This document shows positions 1 through 9,636 of a stretch of DNA of 47,311 nucleotides, in pieces. The position numbers were made by a program, and so were the translations under genes. The stretch covers positions 1-47,311 of the forward strand of contig JBJOMF010000153.1 in the NCBI GenBank assembly GCA_046052505.1, written 5' to 3'. How positions within the stretch are numbered: the first letter of the stretch is position 1; the number at the start of each line of letters is the position of its first letter. Below the pieces are notes generated by a model, which was given only the letters and a program-made list of their open reading frames with translations, was not told the origin of the DNA and ran no database searches. The DNA is from Bacteroidota bacterium. GTDB taxonomy: Bacteria > Bacteroidota > Bacteroidia > Chitinophagales > Chitinophagaceae.

Positions 1-1891
1 CTCCCTTTAAAGCCAACGTGGCACTGTCTTCGTTATAAACAAAGCTGGAATGAAGGTTCTGCAGCTGCTGGATGAATTCGTTCTCACGCATGCGGTTGCG
101 CTGCACCAGCAACACCTTATCACCCTGGGGTACGACCACTTCGTCACGATCACGGGCACGTGTTTCATACCCCTTGTACACGAACGTGGGTTGGAAGACG
201 AGGTAATCGCCTTTCTCCTGCAGGAAGAGTTTGACCTCGGGATTGCCATCCTTCACCTCCTGAACCAATGACCGGTCGAAATCGACCTTGTGATCGCGGG
301 CCAATGGCAGGACGAACTGCGTCAGGGCTGATGACCACTCCGAGACCGGTATGCTCATCTTTCCGGAGGGCTGGAATTTTTCGATAAGGTGCAGGTCCTC
401 CTGATGGGGCCAGAGCCAGGCCTGCTGGTTGTAGAGAAAGAACAACGGGCTCCCGCTCTCGTTATCAGCCAGATCGTACTGCGAACCGCCCGCCTGCACC
501 CGGCACTGCACGGAATAGTGACTGTTCTTGCGTACCAGGAACGAGGGGCGGGCTTCCGCCAGTTGGACCTGTACGGGTATGAGGTGTTGCGTCTTGAAGG
601 CCTTTCGTGCCGGCAGGATGAATACGAAGGGGCTCTCCGTCATATCCGTGAACAGCTTCCTGAGTTTGGGCAACAGGTATTCTGCCATCAGGGCACGGGT
701 TTCCTCGGGCAGGTCGTCCTCCTCCTGGTGAATGATGTTCTCCCAGATGCCGGAGAACGGAGAATTGCGGCTGATGTACTTGTTGATCTCGGCCTCTTGA
801 AGCTTGCGCAGCAAGCCCAGCAACTCACGGTCTTTGTCGGTGAGTTCTTCCGGATTCACATAACGGCTCACGTCCACTTTTTCCACGGTACCGGCAAAGC
901 CCTCCTGTCTCTCATCCGGTTCCCCCGCGACCACATCGATGGTGAACTGAGGATAGTTTCGCCGGTTGAAATTGATGACCACCCCCAGCCGTCGGCCGGG
1001 TACTGTTCCGACCGTTTCGGCCGGTGCCTGCGGTTCCGGGGCGATTGGCATCTTTTCCTTCTCGGGAAGGAGCACAGGACGCGTGGGCGCCGGAGCCGGG
1101 GTCACCCGCTTGATGGATGCATCGAGCACCCGAAGGAACGGCTTCCCCTCCTTGTAGGCGAATTCGAACTTGCCGGTAAGGTCATCCTTCAGCGAATAAC
1201 CGTAGGCCTCCAGCAGCTTGTTCTTTTCTTTGTCCCAGTTCCGGATACTGTCGAAATAATTAGCCCCATAGGTATGGAGCAGTTGAAGGAATACAATGAG
1301 CTTAGGCAAGCACAGCGGATGCTCTTCATCCACGAAATCACAGCTGGTATCGAAATTCCGTTCCTCATTCTTCCGGATGATGACGGCATACTCCTGACCG
1401 TCCAGGGCCACGCGCGCCTTCACGGTCTCGTTTTCCGCATATTCGATCCCGGCCTTCTGCGTGCGCAGGAAGGTCTCCGCCGCCTGAAAAGCATCGGGGG
1501 AAGACAGCAGCCGCAGGGTCTTCAGATCGATGGACTTCATCTTGGCCACGGTATGTCGCTGGTCGTATCGGATCGACTCGGTCTGCAGATGACCTTTGTC
1601 GATCATTTCCTGAAGCTGCAGCAGGGCGGCGGCCTCATGCCGGCAGATATCTCCGAGATTGTACGGGCAGGCGCAGCGCAGTGAAAGGGCGCGGGCGTCT
1701 TTGAATTTTTCAATATAGACCTTGTAGAAAGTGGAGTAGCTGTCGTCCTTGACCCGGAACACGGCCGAACCGAACAGGTCGTCGTATTCCACCAGTTCGG
1801 CGAAGCCGATGGCATGGATCTTCTTTCCCCGGCGGATCACTTCGTCGGTGCCGTGGGTGTAGATGTACTTGATAAGATGTGAAAGGGCCAT
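1..1891 (-). CDS. SWIM zinc-finger protein, probably the N-terminal part of an SNF2/DEAD-like helicase; runs off the left edge
   Basis: Not in the ORF track because there is no stop in the window. Manual translation from ATG 1891 gives MALSHLIKYIYTHGTDEVIRRGKKI...LRCACPYNLGDICRHEAAA (SWIM CxC-x-CxH). The same frame is still open at the window edge (...EDSATLALKG). SNF2 identity is inferred from typical architecture; helicase motifs were not seen. Confidence 0.75.
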   Translation of the reverse strand, partial: MALSHLIKYIYTHGTDEVIRRGKKIHAIGFAELVEYDDLFGSAVFRVKDDSYSTFYKVYIEKFKDARALSLRCACPYNLGDICRHEAAALLQLQEMIDKGHLQTESIRYDQRHTVAKMKSIDLKTLRLLSSPDAFQAAETFLRTQKAGIEYAENETVKARVALDGQEYAVIIRKNEERNFDTSCDFVDEEHPLCLPKLIVFLQLLHTYGANYFDSIRNWDKEKNKLLEAYGYSLKDDLTGKFEFAYKEGKPFLRVLDASIKRVTPAPAPTRPVLLPEKEKMPIAPEPQAPAETVGTVPGRRLGVVINFNRRNYPQFTIDVVAGEPDERQEGFAGTVEKVDVSRYVNPEELTDKDRELLGLLRKLQEAEINKYISRNSPFSGIWENIIHQEEDDLPEETRALMAEYLLPKLRKLFTDMTESPFVFILPARKAFKTQHLIPVQVQLAEARPSFLVRKNSHYSVQCRVQAGGSQYDLADNESGSPLFFLYNQQAWLWPHQEDLHLIEKFQPSGKMSIPVSEWSSALTQFVLPLARDHKVDFDRSLVQEVKDGNPEVKLFLQEKGDYLVFQPTFVYKGYETRARDRDEVVVPQGDKVLLVQRNRMRENEFIQQLQNLHSSFVYNEDSATLALKG

Positions 1892-1946
1892 GGGTCCGTC
1901 GCAGCGAGGTTGGTTTCTGCCGCCCGATTGGGGTCGGGGCGAATCG

Positions 1947-1954
1947 CAAAAGTA
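1947..1954 (-). promoter_or_regulatory. Bacteroidota-type -7 promoter element (TACTTTTG)
   Basis: Matches TAnnTTTG on the minus strand, about 55 nt upstream of the SWIM gene ATG. Confidence 0.5.
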
Positions 1955-2060
1955 ACAGAATAGCCAGCGGATTTCCTGCCGAACCCATGAATAAAAAATT
2001 TAAATTCTATGGAGAGCGGAGCGTTGAAAAATAAAGTACCTTGAGGAGTTTTGCCCGTTC

Positions 2061-2786
2061 TTACCCGGCGATGAGTTTCCCATCGCTGTACAGCGGTAAC
2101 ACGGGTGCGCCATCGGGCGTTAGGCAATACCGGATGTCCTCGATCAATCCGAAGCGTTCCACCAGCCGATGGTAGTGCGTGAGCTTGGGCGCGAAACCGA
2201 GCAGATCGTGCTGGTGCTGCGCATAGAGAGTCGCTGCCATCAGTGAGCTGTCACAATGAATGGTAAACTGCTTTCCGATCCGGTGGATGACGGCACCGGC
2301 GAAGAGTGTATCCTCCAGATTGAATCGGTCTTTCCATCCCGCACATCCCAGCACCACGTTCTTTCCCGCAGCGGCCAGATAATCGCAGACCGCCCCCAGG
2401 TTCGGGAAGGAACCGGAAATGATGGTGTCTGCATTTCGGTCCAGGGCCATTTGCAACAATCGGGTGCCGTTGGTCGTGGTAAGCACCAGCGTCCTGTTGC
2501 CGATGAAATCGCGGGTGTACTCCAATGGGGAGTTGCCGTGCTGCAGCCCTTCGGCGATCTGCCCATCGCGCTCCCCCGCCGCGATCGCATCCAGGGCCTT
2601 CCCCATCTCAATGGCCTTGGGTACCGAATCGACCGGGATCACACAGCGGGCGCCATTGTAAAGGGCAGAGGCGATGGTCGAAGTGGCACGGAAGACATCG
2701 ATGATCACGACCACGCTGTTGCTGAGGTCATACAGGTGAAGCAGTGCCGGCGACAGGGAAGTATGGAGGGTCGGTTTGGCGGTCAT
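2061..2786 (-). CDS. comB: 2-phosphosulfolactate phosphatase family protein
   Basis: Motifs VVVIIDVFRATSTI, AAGERDG, GNSPLEY, LTTTNGT and EDTLFAG; start placed at MTAKPTL (2786). Confidence 0.9.
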   Translation of the reverse strand: MTAKPTLHTSLSPALLHLYDLSNSVVVIIDVFRATSTIASALYNGARCVIPVDSVPKAIEMGKALDAIAAGERDGQIAEGLQHGNSPLEYTRDFIGNRTLVLTTTNGTRLLQMALDRNADTIISGSFPNLGAVCDYLAAAGKNVVLGCAGWKDRFNLEDTLFAGAVIHRIGKQFTIHCDSSLMAATLYAQHQHDLLGFAPKLTHYHRLVERFGLIEDIRYCLTPDGAPVLPLYSDGKLIAG

Positions 2787-2824
2787 GGGGCCGAAAATAC
2801 GGAAGGACCGGGAGAGCGGGCTGC

Positions 2825-3301
2825 TTAATTCACCAGCAGTTTTTTCCATCGGCCACCCTCCGCCGATTCCCGAATGAGGCGGTTGCGTTGCTCCAGGAGC
2901 TGTTTCAGATAAGGTCCCAGCAAAAAGCGATTGAAGAGACGTCCCAGCCAGCCATAAGGCAGTTCGTACTGAAGGATATCAATCACGATGGTACCGTTCT
3001 CACAGGGTTTGAAATAATGCTCATGACGCAGGCTGCGAAAATCACCCTGCAATTGCTCCGTCGTATAGCGGTCGGGGGATTGCATATCAGTGACCTTCAT
3101 CCGTAACAAACGGTCTTTGTAAAAATGACGGGCTCTCCAGGTGACCGTCTCGTCTTTCCCGATCAGGCCCATCCGGGTACCGGCCACGGCCTCTTCTTTG
3201 TATGCCGACATGGATTCCTTGTGCAAACCGATATGCCGGCTAAGGTCGAACACCACTTCGGCCGGAGCTGCCATAAAGGTTGTAAGGTGTATCGTGGGCA
3301 T
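2825..3301 (-). CDS. SRPBCC (START-like) family protein
   Basis: 158 aa with VFDLSRHIGLH...VTWRARHF...GDFRSLRHEHYF...YELPYGWLG, typical of this family. Confidence 0.8.
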   Translation of the reverse strand: MPTIHLTTFMAAPAEVVFDLSRHIGLHKESMSAYKEEAVAGTRMGLIGKDETVTWRARHFYKDRLLRMKVTDMQSPDRYTTEQLQGDFRSLRHEHYFKPCENGTIVIDILQYELPYGWLGRLFNRFLLGPYLKQLLEQRNRLIRESAEGGRWKKLLVN

Positions 3302-3323
3302 GATGCATCGGGTTGGTTACCGG

Positions 3324-4409
3324 TCAATCGAAAGGGATCTTCACCACCTGGGCGGCAAGCGATTTATCACGCACCCGGACGCGGATCTCCGAACCGACCG
3401 CTGAAAAAGGGACCTGCACATATCCCATCCCGATGGCCTTGCCGAGACTAGGGGATTGCGTACCGGATGTGACATGCCCGATGAGCTGTCCCGCAGGATC
3501 CGTGATCTCATAACCATGTCGGGGGATCCCCTTGTCGATCAGTTCAAAACCGACCAGCTTCCGGGAAATACCTTCTGTCTTTTGTTTTTCCAATATGGGC
3601 CTTGCAGTGAATGCCTTGGTGAATTTCGTGATCCAGCCGAGACCGGCCTCGAGCGGAGAGGTGCTATCATCGATATCATTTCCGTACAGACAATAACCCA
3701 TCTCCAGCCGCAGGGTGTCCCTTGCGCCGAGGCCGATGGGTTGCAGCCCCTGTCCGGCTCCGGCGGCGAAGATGGCATCCCAGATCCGGTCGGCAGCACC
3801 ATCCTTGTCCTCGAAGTAGATCTCCACCCCGCCGGCACCGGTATATCCGGTAGCGCTGATCAGCACATTGTCCACCCCCGCAAAAACACCTTTCACGAAT
3901 GTGTAATATTTCAGGTTGATGATGTCCATCTCCGTCAGCGACTGCAGGATCCGGGTGGCATGGGGTCCCTGTACCGCCAACAAGGCCGTTACGTCCGAAA
4001 TATTATGCATAGTAACACCGCCGGTATCATGGCGGGCGATCCAGTCCCAGTCCTTCTCGATATTCGAGGCATTTACCACCAGCATGTACACCTGATTCTC
4101 CTCAATGCAATACACGAGGAGGTCATCGATAATGCCACCCGTATCATTGGGGAAACAACTGTACTGGGCCTGACCCTTTTTGAGCTTGGCCGCATCGTTG
4201 CTGGTCACCCGCTGGATCAGGTCGAGGGCACCGGGACCTTTCAATACGAATTCGCCCATATGGCTCACATCAAACACGCCGGCAGTACGGCGTACCGCCG
4301 CATGCTCATCATTGATGCCCGTATAGGAGATGGGCATGTTGTAACCGGCAAAGGAAGCCATCTTGGCACCGAGCGCGATATGCTTGGCTGTGAACGGGGT
4401 CTGTTTCAT
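3324..4409 (-). CDS. gcvT: Glycine cleavage system aminomethyltransferase T
   Basis: [52 protein letters not shown]. Confidence 0.97.
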   Translation of the reverse strand: MKQTPFTAKHIALGAKMASFAGYNMPISYTGINDEHAAVRRTAGVFDVSHMGEFVLKGPGALDLIQRVTSNDAAKLKKGQAQYSCFPNDTGGIIDDLLVYCIEENQVYMLVVNASNIEKDWDWIARHDTGGVTMHNISDVTALLAVQGPHATRILQSLTEMDIINLKYYTFVKGVFAGVDNVLISATGYTGAGGVEIYFEDKDGAADRIWDAIFAAGAGQGLQPIGLGARDTLRLEMGYCLYGNDIDDSTSPLEAGLGWITKFTKAFTARPILEKQKTEGISRKLVGFELIDKGIPRHGYEITDPAGQLIGHVTSGTQSPSLGKAIGMGYVQVPFSAVGSEIRVRVRDKSLAAQVVKIPFD

Positions 4410-4424
4410 AAATAAAATTCATGA

Positions 4425-4432
4425 CAAAGGTA
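4425..4432 (-). promoter_or_regulatory. -7 promoter element (TACCTTTG) for gcvT
   Basis: Exact TAnnTTTG match 15 nt upstream of the gcvT ATG. Confidence 0.6.
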
Positions 4433-4477
4433 ATGTAAAATACCGGCGGCGCGGGTCCGGTACGGCGCCCATCAACA

Positions 4478-4506
4478 TGAAAACGCCCCGCTTACGCGGG
4501 GCGTTT
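4478..4506 (-). terminator. Intrinsic terminator after the Tyr-rich secreted protein gene
   Basis: 11-bp stem AAACGCCCCGC-ttac-GCGGGGCGTTT ending in a short U-run on the minus strand, about 20 nt past the stop at 4528. Confidence 0.75.
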
Positions 4507-4527
4507 CGAATAGGTCGGTGGACCGGC

Positions 4528-4917
4528 TTAACAATAGTACCAATACTTGTACCAATAGCAATAGCCGTATCCATCACAATAGTAATACCAATAGTAGCAG
4601 AGGCCCGCACCACGGCTGGCAGCGGGAGCTTTGTAGGTTTTCTGGAACGACTTGATGGCCTTTCCGATCGTCTTTGAATCGGCCTTGGTCAGGGTCTGTC
4701 CGGCCTTGAAGGTCACGCCATTCACGGTAGCCGTACGTTCGCCGGCACCACGGCTCACGGCAACATCGGCATTGGATACCATGGATAGGAATCCGATGTC
4801 ATCGGCAGTCAGGGTAGTACCCTCGCTCATGGCGGAAACGGTCTTCTCGCTTTGTCCGAACGCCACCGATCCCATCAGCAGCAGGGCGGACGCTAAGAGC
4901 ATTTTCATCTTCTTCAT
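4528..4917 (-). CDS. Hypothetical secreted protein with Tyr/Trp/Cys-rich C-terminal tail
   Basis: Sec signal peptide MKKMKMLLASALLLMGSVAFG|Q; C-terminus CYYWYYYCDGYGYCYWYKYWYYC; AT-rich upstream region and its own terminator. Confidence 0.8.
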   Translation of the reverse strand: MKKMKMLLASALLLMGSVAFGQSEKTVSAMSEGTTLTADDIGFLSMVSNADVAVSRGAGERTATVNGVTFKAGQTLTKADSKTIGKAIKSFQKTYKAPAASRGAGLCYYWYYYCDGYGYCYWYKYWYYC

Positions 4918-5066
4918 GTGTGTTTCATTTTAGTTATGAATCGGGTTTGATGTTTAAAATAACGGGATAAAAATAATCGGAAAGTAACAGATTTCCATAC
5001 CCAGCAGCGGGTATTTGATCAAAACAGACCTGTTAAAATCCGCCTCGCGGGTCGGCACCGGCTGAT

Positions 5067-7049
5067 TCAGGAACGGGACTCCGTGGTCCGCAGTTTTTTC
5101 TCCAGATCCCGTATCCTGCGGTCACTCTCCTCATTCCGACGCTTTTCCTCCTCCAGCTGATCACGGATGCGCCTTAACGTATCGGCCGGATTGTCCGATA
5201 TGGTATCCAACCGAAAACGTTGGCCGGCTGCGCCGTCGCGAATCAGCAACTCACCGGCATCGCTCATAATATAATCCGTATCGGGAATGAACCGAAAAGC
5301 CTGTTCGTCGCTTTCGATATGCACCCCCGTCAGCCGCTTGCCCGAGTAGGACCTGCGCATGCGGACATGTAGGGCGTTCAGCTTGTCAGCCACCGACCGG
5401 TCGAACCGGATCCGTCGACCCGGGGGCACCTGGATGGCGACCTCCACATGCTGGCCCCGGAATTTGTCGGAACGACCGATGGCATATGCATTGGCAAGAT
5501 CGAGCAGGCTGTCGTGCTGCACTGCTCCGAACCGGACACGACCCGCCCGCTCCAGCGCTTCAGTGGTGGTCCTGCCAAAACTATGACGGCGAACGACCAC
5601 ATGATACCGGTCGTCCGGACTGGGCCGTACGATGAATTTGACGGCGGCGATCCGCAGCGTGTCGCGGTCAATGTCCCAGCCCTGCGATTCCGATCGCACC
5701 CACCCGAAAGTACCGGAGTATGCCAGCGCGGGCTTCGAGACCAGTACGATCATTCTTTCGCCAACGGAATCGGATGATTCCAGCGGGGTTTCCACCTGCT
5801 CGTAGTGACGGAAATCACGGATCACACTGAGCCCAAACAGAATGAGGGCCACCCATCCGAGGACCCAGAGCCCGCCGAAGGTCCAGCCCAGATAGGGATT
5901 GCGTGACCGCACCCGAAGGATACGACGGACCAGCCATAGAATGAAGCCGATCAAGGGCACCAGCAGGAAAAGGACCAGGGTGGACCAGGCCAGGAATTGC
6001 TGCCAACCGCTGGTCCACAGGTAATCGTTCACCGGCCACCAGGCCAGCCCGCCGACCAGCAAGGCGATCACGGTGATGAAAAAAGCAACGGCAATGGTCC
6101 CGGCGATGAACATGAAAAAGAACCTGAACAGCACCCCAATGGCTTGAGCGATGCCCCGTCCACCGCGTCTTGCCGTAACAAGGACCTGCCCCCTCACGGA
6201 CTCCAGACCGTCCCGCACATTGCGCCGGATGCGATGGATGTCAACGGTCTCCCCCCGCATTTCCATTTTCTGATAGTCGCTCACGGCCTCGGGCAAGACC
6301 ATCCACAAAATGATATAGACCAGAATGAATGTTCCGGTCAGGGAGCCGCTGCCAATATTCAGGAAGAGGTCCCCTTCCAACGGAAAGCTCAGGATACCAA
6401 CCAGGATACTTAACAGTAGGGGTGCGATAAAGATCAGGCGGATGGTGCGGGCGCTTTTTCCAAAATAAGCGGCCAGACCGCCTGCGACTCCCCCGAGTAC
6501 GCGGCCCTCCGGATTGCGATAGAGTTTTTTTCCATTGAACCCCTCGAGGTCACGGGGGGGAAGGACTACCCAAAGCACCAGATAGGCCAGCACACCCAGT
6601 CCGAAGCCGCCAAAAGTGATGATGGCAAAAAGAATTCGAACGATCGAGGGATCGATGTTGAGGTAGTAGGAGATCCCGCTGCACACACCCCCGAGGATGC
6701 GGTCTGCCGAATCACGATACAACCGGCCCCGGTCGGGGCGCGGCGAAGCAGGACGGTCTTGGGGGAAGCCGGCCGTTTCAGTGCCAGCCTCTTCAAAGTC
6801 CTCTACCCGGCCCATCAGGCGTATCACATCCTCGACATCGCTGTCCTCCACCGGACGGGCCGTCTTCCGGGTCTTATCGTCGAGCAGCTCGGCGATGCGG
6901 CCTTCGATATCATTGATGATCTCGTCACGTCCTTCCTCCGCTGCGAAGTGATGCCGCAGGGTTTCGAGATACTGCTGCAGCTTTTTATAGGCGGCATCTG
7001 CAAAAGGGATCACGCGGCCGCTGAAGTTGATATGAATGATCTTTTTCAT
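5067..7049 (-). CDS. PspC domain-containing membrane protein (two PspC repeats)
   Basis: N-terminal EIINDIEGRIAELL; two PspC repeats RLYRDSADRILGGVCSGI and KLYRNPEGRVLGGVAGGLA; several TM helices; start MKKIIHINF at 7049. Confidence 0.88.
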   Translation of the reverse strand: MKKIIHINFSGRVIPFADAAYKKLQQYLETLRHHFAAEEGRDEIINDIEGRIAELLDDKTRKTARPVEDSDVEDVIRLMGRVEDFEEAGTETAGFPQDRPASPRPDRGRLYRDSADRILGGVCSGISYYLNIDPSIVRILFAIITFGGFGLGVLAYLVLWVVLPPRDLEGFNGKKLYRNPEGRVLGGVAGGLAAYFGKSARTIRLIFIAPLLLSILVGILSFPLEGDLFLNIGSGSLTGTFILVYIILWMVLPEAVSDYQKMEMRGETVDIHRIRRNVRDGLESVRGQVLVTARRGGRGIAQAIGVLFRFFFMFIAGTIAVAFFITVIALLVGGLAWWPVNDYLWTSGWQQFLAWSTLVLFLLVPLIGFILWLVRRILRVRSRNPYLGWTFGGLWVLGWVALILFGLSVIRDFRHYEQVETPLESSDSVGERMIVLVSKPALAYSGTFGWVRSESQGWDIDRDTLRIAAVKFIVRPSPDDRYHVVVRRHSFGRTTTEALERAGRVRFGAVQHDSLLDLANAYAIGRSDKFRGQHVEVAIQVPPGRRIRFDRSVADKLNALHVRMRRSYSGKRLTGVHIESDEQAFRFIPDTDYIMSDAGELLIRDGAAGQRFRLDTISDNPADTLRRIRDQLEEEKRRNEESDRRIRDLEKKLRTTESRS

Positions 7050-7101
7050 GGTACTGTGTTTGTTTGGATGGCCTTCGTCACAGACGAAGGGATGCATGCG
7101 T

Positions 7102-7449
7102 TCAGGATAGGGATGTATCGGATCGATCGGCAGCCAGCCGGTTCACGGCTTCGGCCAGTTCGTTCCAGGTCTGTTCCAGCTCGCGGTAAAAGGCAGCTCC
7201 TTTTTCGGTGAGCGAAAAATATTTTCGGGGCGGACCCGAACTGCTTTCCACCCAACGATAGGTGAGCATGTCCGCATTTTTCAACCGGGTGAGCAAGGGG
7301 TAAAGGGTCCCTTCCAGCACCTGCAGGTTGGCAGCCCGCATTTCATCCACGATATCGCTGGGGTAGACCTCCCCTCTGCGGATGATGGAAAGGATGCAAA
7401 ACTCCAGGATCCCCTTGCGCATCTGGCTCTGTGTATTTTCAATATTCAT
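7102..7449 (-). CDS. PadR family transcriptional regulator
   Basis: QMRKGILEFCILSII...EGTLYPLLTRLK...WVESSSGPPRKYFSLTEKG; start MNIENTQSQ at 7449. Confidence 0.93.
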   Translation of the reverse strand: MNIENTQSQMRKGILEFCILSIIRRGEVYPSDIVDEMRAANLQVLEGTLYPLLTRLKNADMLTYRWVESSSGPPRKYFSLTEKGAAFYRELEQTWNELAEAVNRLAADRSDTSLS

Positions 7450-7471
7450 GACCCTGGTTTGATTGATGACA

Positions 7472-7512
7472 CAAAGATAATGCAATATTTGGTACTATGT
7501 TTTACATAGTAC
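7472..7512 (-). promoter_or_regulatory. padR-pspC promoter (-7 box TATCTTTG, 7472-7479) with perfect inverted repeat GTACTATGT-N3-ACATAGTAC (7492-7512), a putative PadR operator
   Basis: Both elements read directly from the sequence; the operator role is inferred. Confidence 0.65.
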
Positions 7513-7635
7513 TATATTTTTTATTCGCCCGGTTTTTTGAGTCATGTAAAACACACAATTAATTGATAAATAATTTGTTAGTTTAAATAAGAAGCGATTC
7601 GGGACAGCGAATGGCCGATTTCGGTAATTTTACGG

Positions 7636-8658
7636 ATGCGCCTACTTATCCCATCGATCGCAGTAATCCTCCTTGTTTCGGCCTGTTCCACAAGCTACAG
7701 GTCATACCAGGATCGCTACACATTTAAAAGCCCGGACGGCCGCCCCCGATATGCCGATCTCGATTTCTGGGCCGCCCATCCCTGGAAAACGGACCCTTCT
7801 GACAGCGTTCCGGCACCATTGCGAACGGGGCAGCGGGACAGTCTGGTCGACGTCTTCTTCCTCCACCCCACCACATTCACCGATAAAAAAGACAAGGCGC
7901 AGTCCAATGCCCCGATCGACGATCCACTGCTGGCCGCTAAAACCGATTATTCCACGATCCTGTATCAGGCCAGTGCCTTCAATGAGAACACCCGGGTCTT
8001 TGCTCCGCGCTACCGACAGGCACATATCTGGAATTTCTACCGGAAGGATCAGCAGAATGCCGGACCTGCGTTCGACACGGCCTATGCCGACATCCTCGCC
8101 GCATTCGACTATTATATCACACACTGGAACGGAGGTCGCCCGATCATCATTGCCGCACACAGCCAGGGCAGTCTGATGGCCAGTCGCCTGCTGAAAGACC
8201 GCTTTGAAGGAAAGACCCTGCAGTCGAAACTGATCGTGGCCTACATCCCCGGATGGCCCGTGCCCCAACATTATTTTTCCGAACTGCGGATGTGCGCCGA
8301 CTCCGTGCAAACAGGATGCCTCTGCAGCTGGCGCACCTTCCGGGAGGATTACATGCCCCCCTATTTGAAAGGTGATACGACCGTGTCGTTGGTCACCAAC
8401 CCGCTCACCTGGACGCTCACCCCGGAGCGGGCCGGGCGGGAACAGAACCTGGGCAGCATCCTCCGCGATTTCAACCGAATCTATCCACACACAACCGATG
8501 CCCGCATCGAAAAAGGGCTCCTGTATGTACGCAAACCGAAATTCCCGGGCAGCTTTTTGTACATGACCCGCAACTATCACATCGGGGATATCAACCTGTA
8601 CTACCTCAATATCAGGACCAACGTCGACCGCCGGATCCGCAGCTACTGGAAACGCTGA
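7636..8658 (+). CDS. DUF3089-like lipoprotein (alpha/beta hydrolase)
   Basis: Lipobox VSAC; VDVFFLHPTTF, FAPRYRQA, nucleophile elbow AAHSQGS, YHIGDINLYY. Confidence 0.85.
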   Translation: MRLLIPSIAVILLVSACSTSYRSYQDRYTFKSPDGRPRYADLDFWAAHPWKTDPSDSVPAPLRTGQRDSLVDVFFLHPTTFTDKKDKAQSNAPIDDPLLAAKTDYSTILYQASAFNENTRVFAPRYRQAHIWNFYRKDQQNAGPAFDTAYADILAAFDYYITHWNGGRPIIIAAHSQGSLMASRLLKDRFEGKTLQSKLIVAYIPGWPVPQHYFSELRMCADSVQTGCLCSWRTFREDYMPPYLKGDTTVSLVTNPLTWTLTPERAGREQNLGSILRDFNRIYPHTTDARIEKGLLYVRKPKFPGSFLYMTRNYHIGDINLYYLNIRTNVDRRIRSYWKR

Positions 8659-8768
8659 GCCTGCGCCCCTGAAATCAGCAAGTCTGCTGATCCGCATCAG
8701 TCCTCACCCCGAACGCGCGTAGTAGCTTTAGTTGCCCCCTCTGCGGCGGGCGACCAAAATACAGCGTC

Positions 8769-9596
8769 ATGAAAACCATCATCGTCCCCACGGACTTCTC
8801 TCCCACCGCGACCAATGCGCTGCACTATGCGATCGACATGGCCAAAGCCATCGATGCCAGCCTGCTCCTGTTACACGTATATCAGGTTCCGGTGAGTTAT
8901 TCGGATGTGCCCATCATGCTGGTGTCTGTGGATGAACTGAAGCAAACGGCAGAGGAGAAGATCGGTCGGCTTAAAAAAGAGGTGGAACACCTCACATCGG
9001 GACAGTTGAAACTGTATACAGAGACCCGCATGGGCAATGTGAGCGATGAACTCGAAACGCTGTGTGAGAAAATCCGTCCCTTTGCCGTCGTGATGGGCTC
9101 CAAAGGCTCCTCGGGAATCGAACGGGTCCTCTTCGGAAGCAATACCCTCACCGTGATCCGCCACCTCACCTGGCCCGTGATCAGTGTACCGCCCGGCAAG
9201 GTCTATGGCAACGGCATACGAAAGATCGGTTTTGCCTGTGACTTCCGTGATATCGTGGAAAACACACCGGCGAACGCCATCCGGGATCTGGTGCGCGCTT
9301 TCGGCGCGGAACTCCACATACTGAACGTGGATTATCAGGACAAACGCTTCGAGGCGGATACCCCCGAACAGTCCGCCCTGCTGCATACCCTGCTGGAAGA
9401 CCTGCGGCCGCAGTACGATTTCATCGAGCACCGGGATATCGAGGACGGGATCAACGCATTCGCCGAGAAGAACAACCTGGACCTGATCATTGCGATCCCG
9501 AAAAAACACAAACTGCTGGAAGGGTTGTTCCGGACTAGTTCGACCAAACAACTGGTATTCCAGTCGCACATCCCCGTGTTGTGTATTCACGAGTGA
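8769..9596 (+). CDS. Universal stress protein (tandem USP domains)
   Basis: MKTIIVPTDFS...A, VVMGSKGSSGIERVLFGSNT, C-terminal IPVLCIHE. Confidence 0.92.
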   Translation: MKTIIVPTDFSPTATNALHYAIDMAKAIDASLLLLHVYQVPVSYSDVPIMLVSVDELKQTAEEKIGRLKKEVEHLTSGQLKLYTETRMGNVSDELETLCEKIRPFAVVMGSKGSSGIERVLFGSNTLTVIRHLTWPVISVPPGKVYGNGIRKIGFACDFRDIVENTPANAIRDLVRAFGAELHILNVDYQDKRFEADTPEQSALLHTLLEDLRPQYDFIEHRDIEDGINAFAEKNNLDLIIAIPKKHKLLEGLFRTSSTKQLVFQSHIPVLCIHE

Positions 9597-9636
9597 GCAG
9601 ACCATAAGAGCAGCAGAAACGTGCCCCTGAATCGGA

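Noticed and set aside
389-1684. 431-aa plus-strand ORF
   Set aside because: It is the codon-aligned antisense shadow of the minus-strand SWIM gene and has no recognisable motifs
4531-4600. Short repeated caatag/caatac words resembling a tandem repeat or mini-CRISPR
   Set aside because: Explained by Tyr/Trp/Cys codons on the minus strand; no repeat-spacer periodicity and no cas genes
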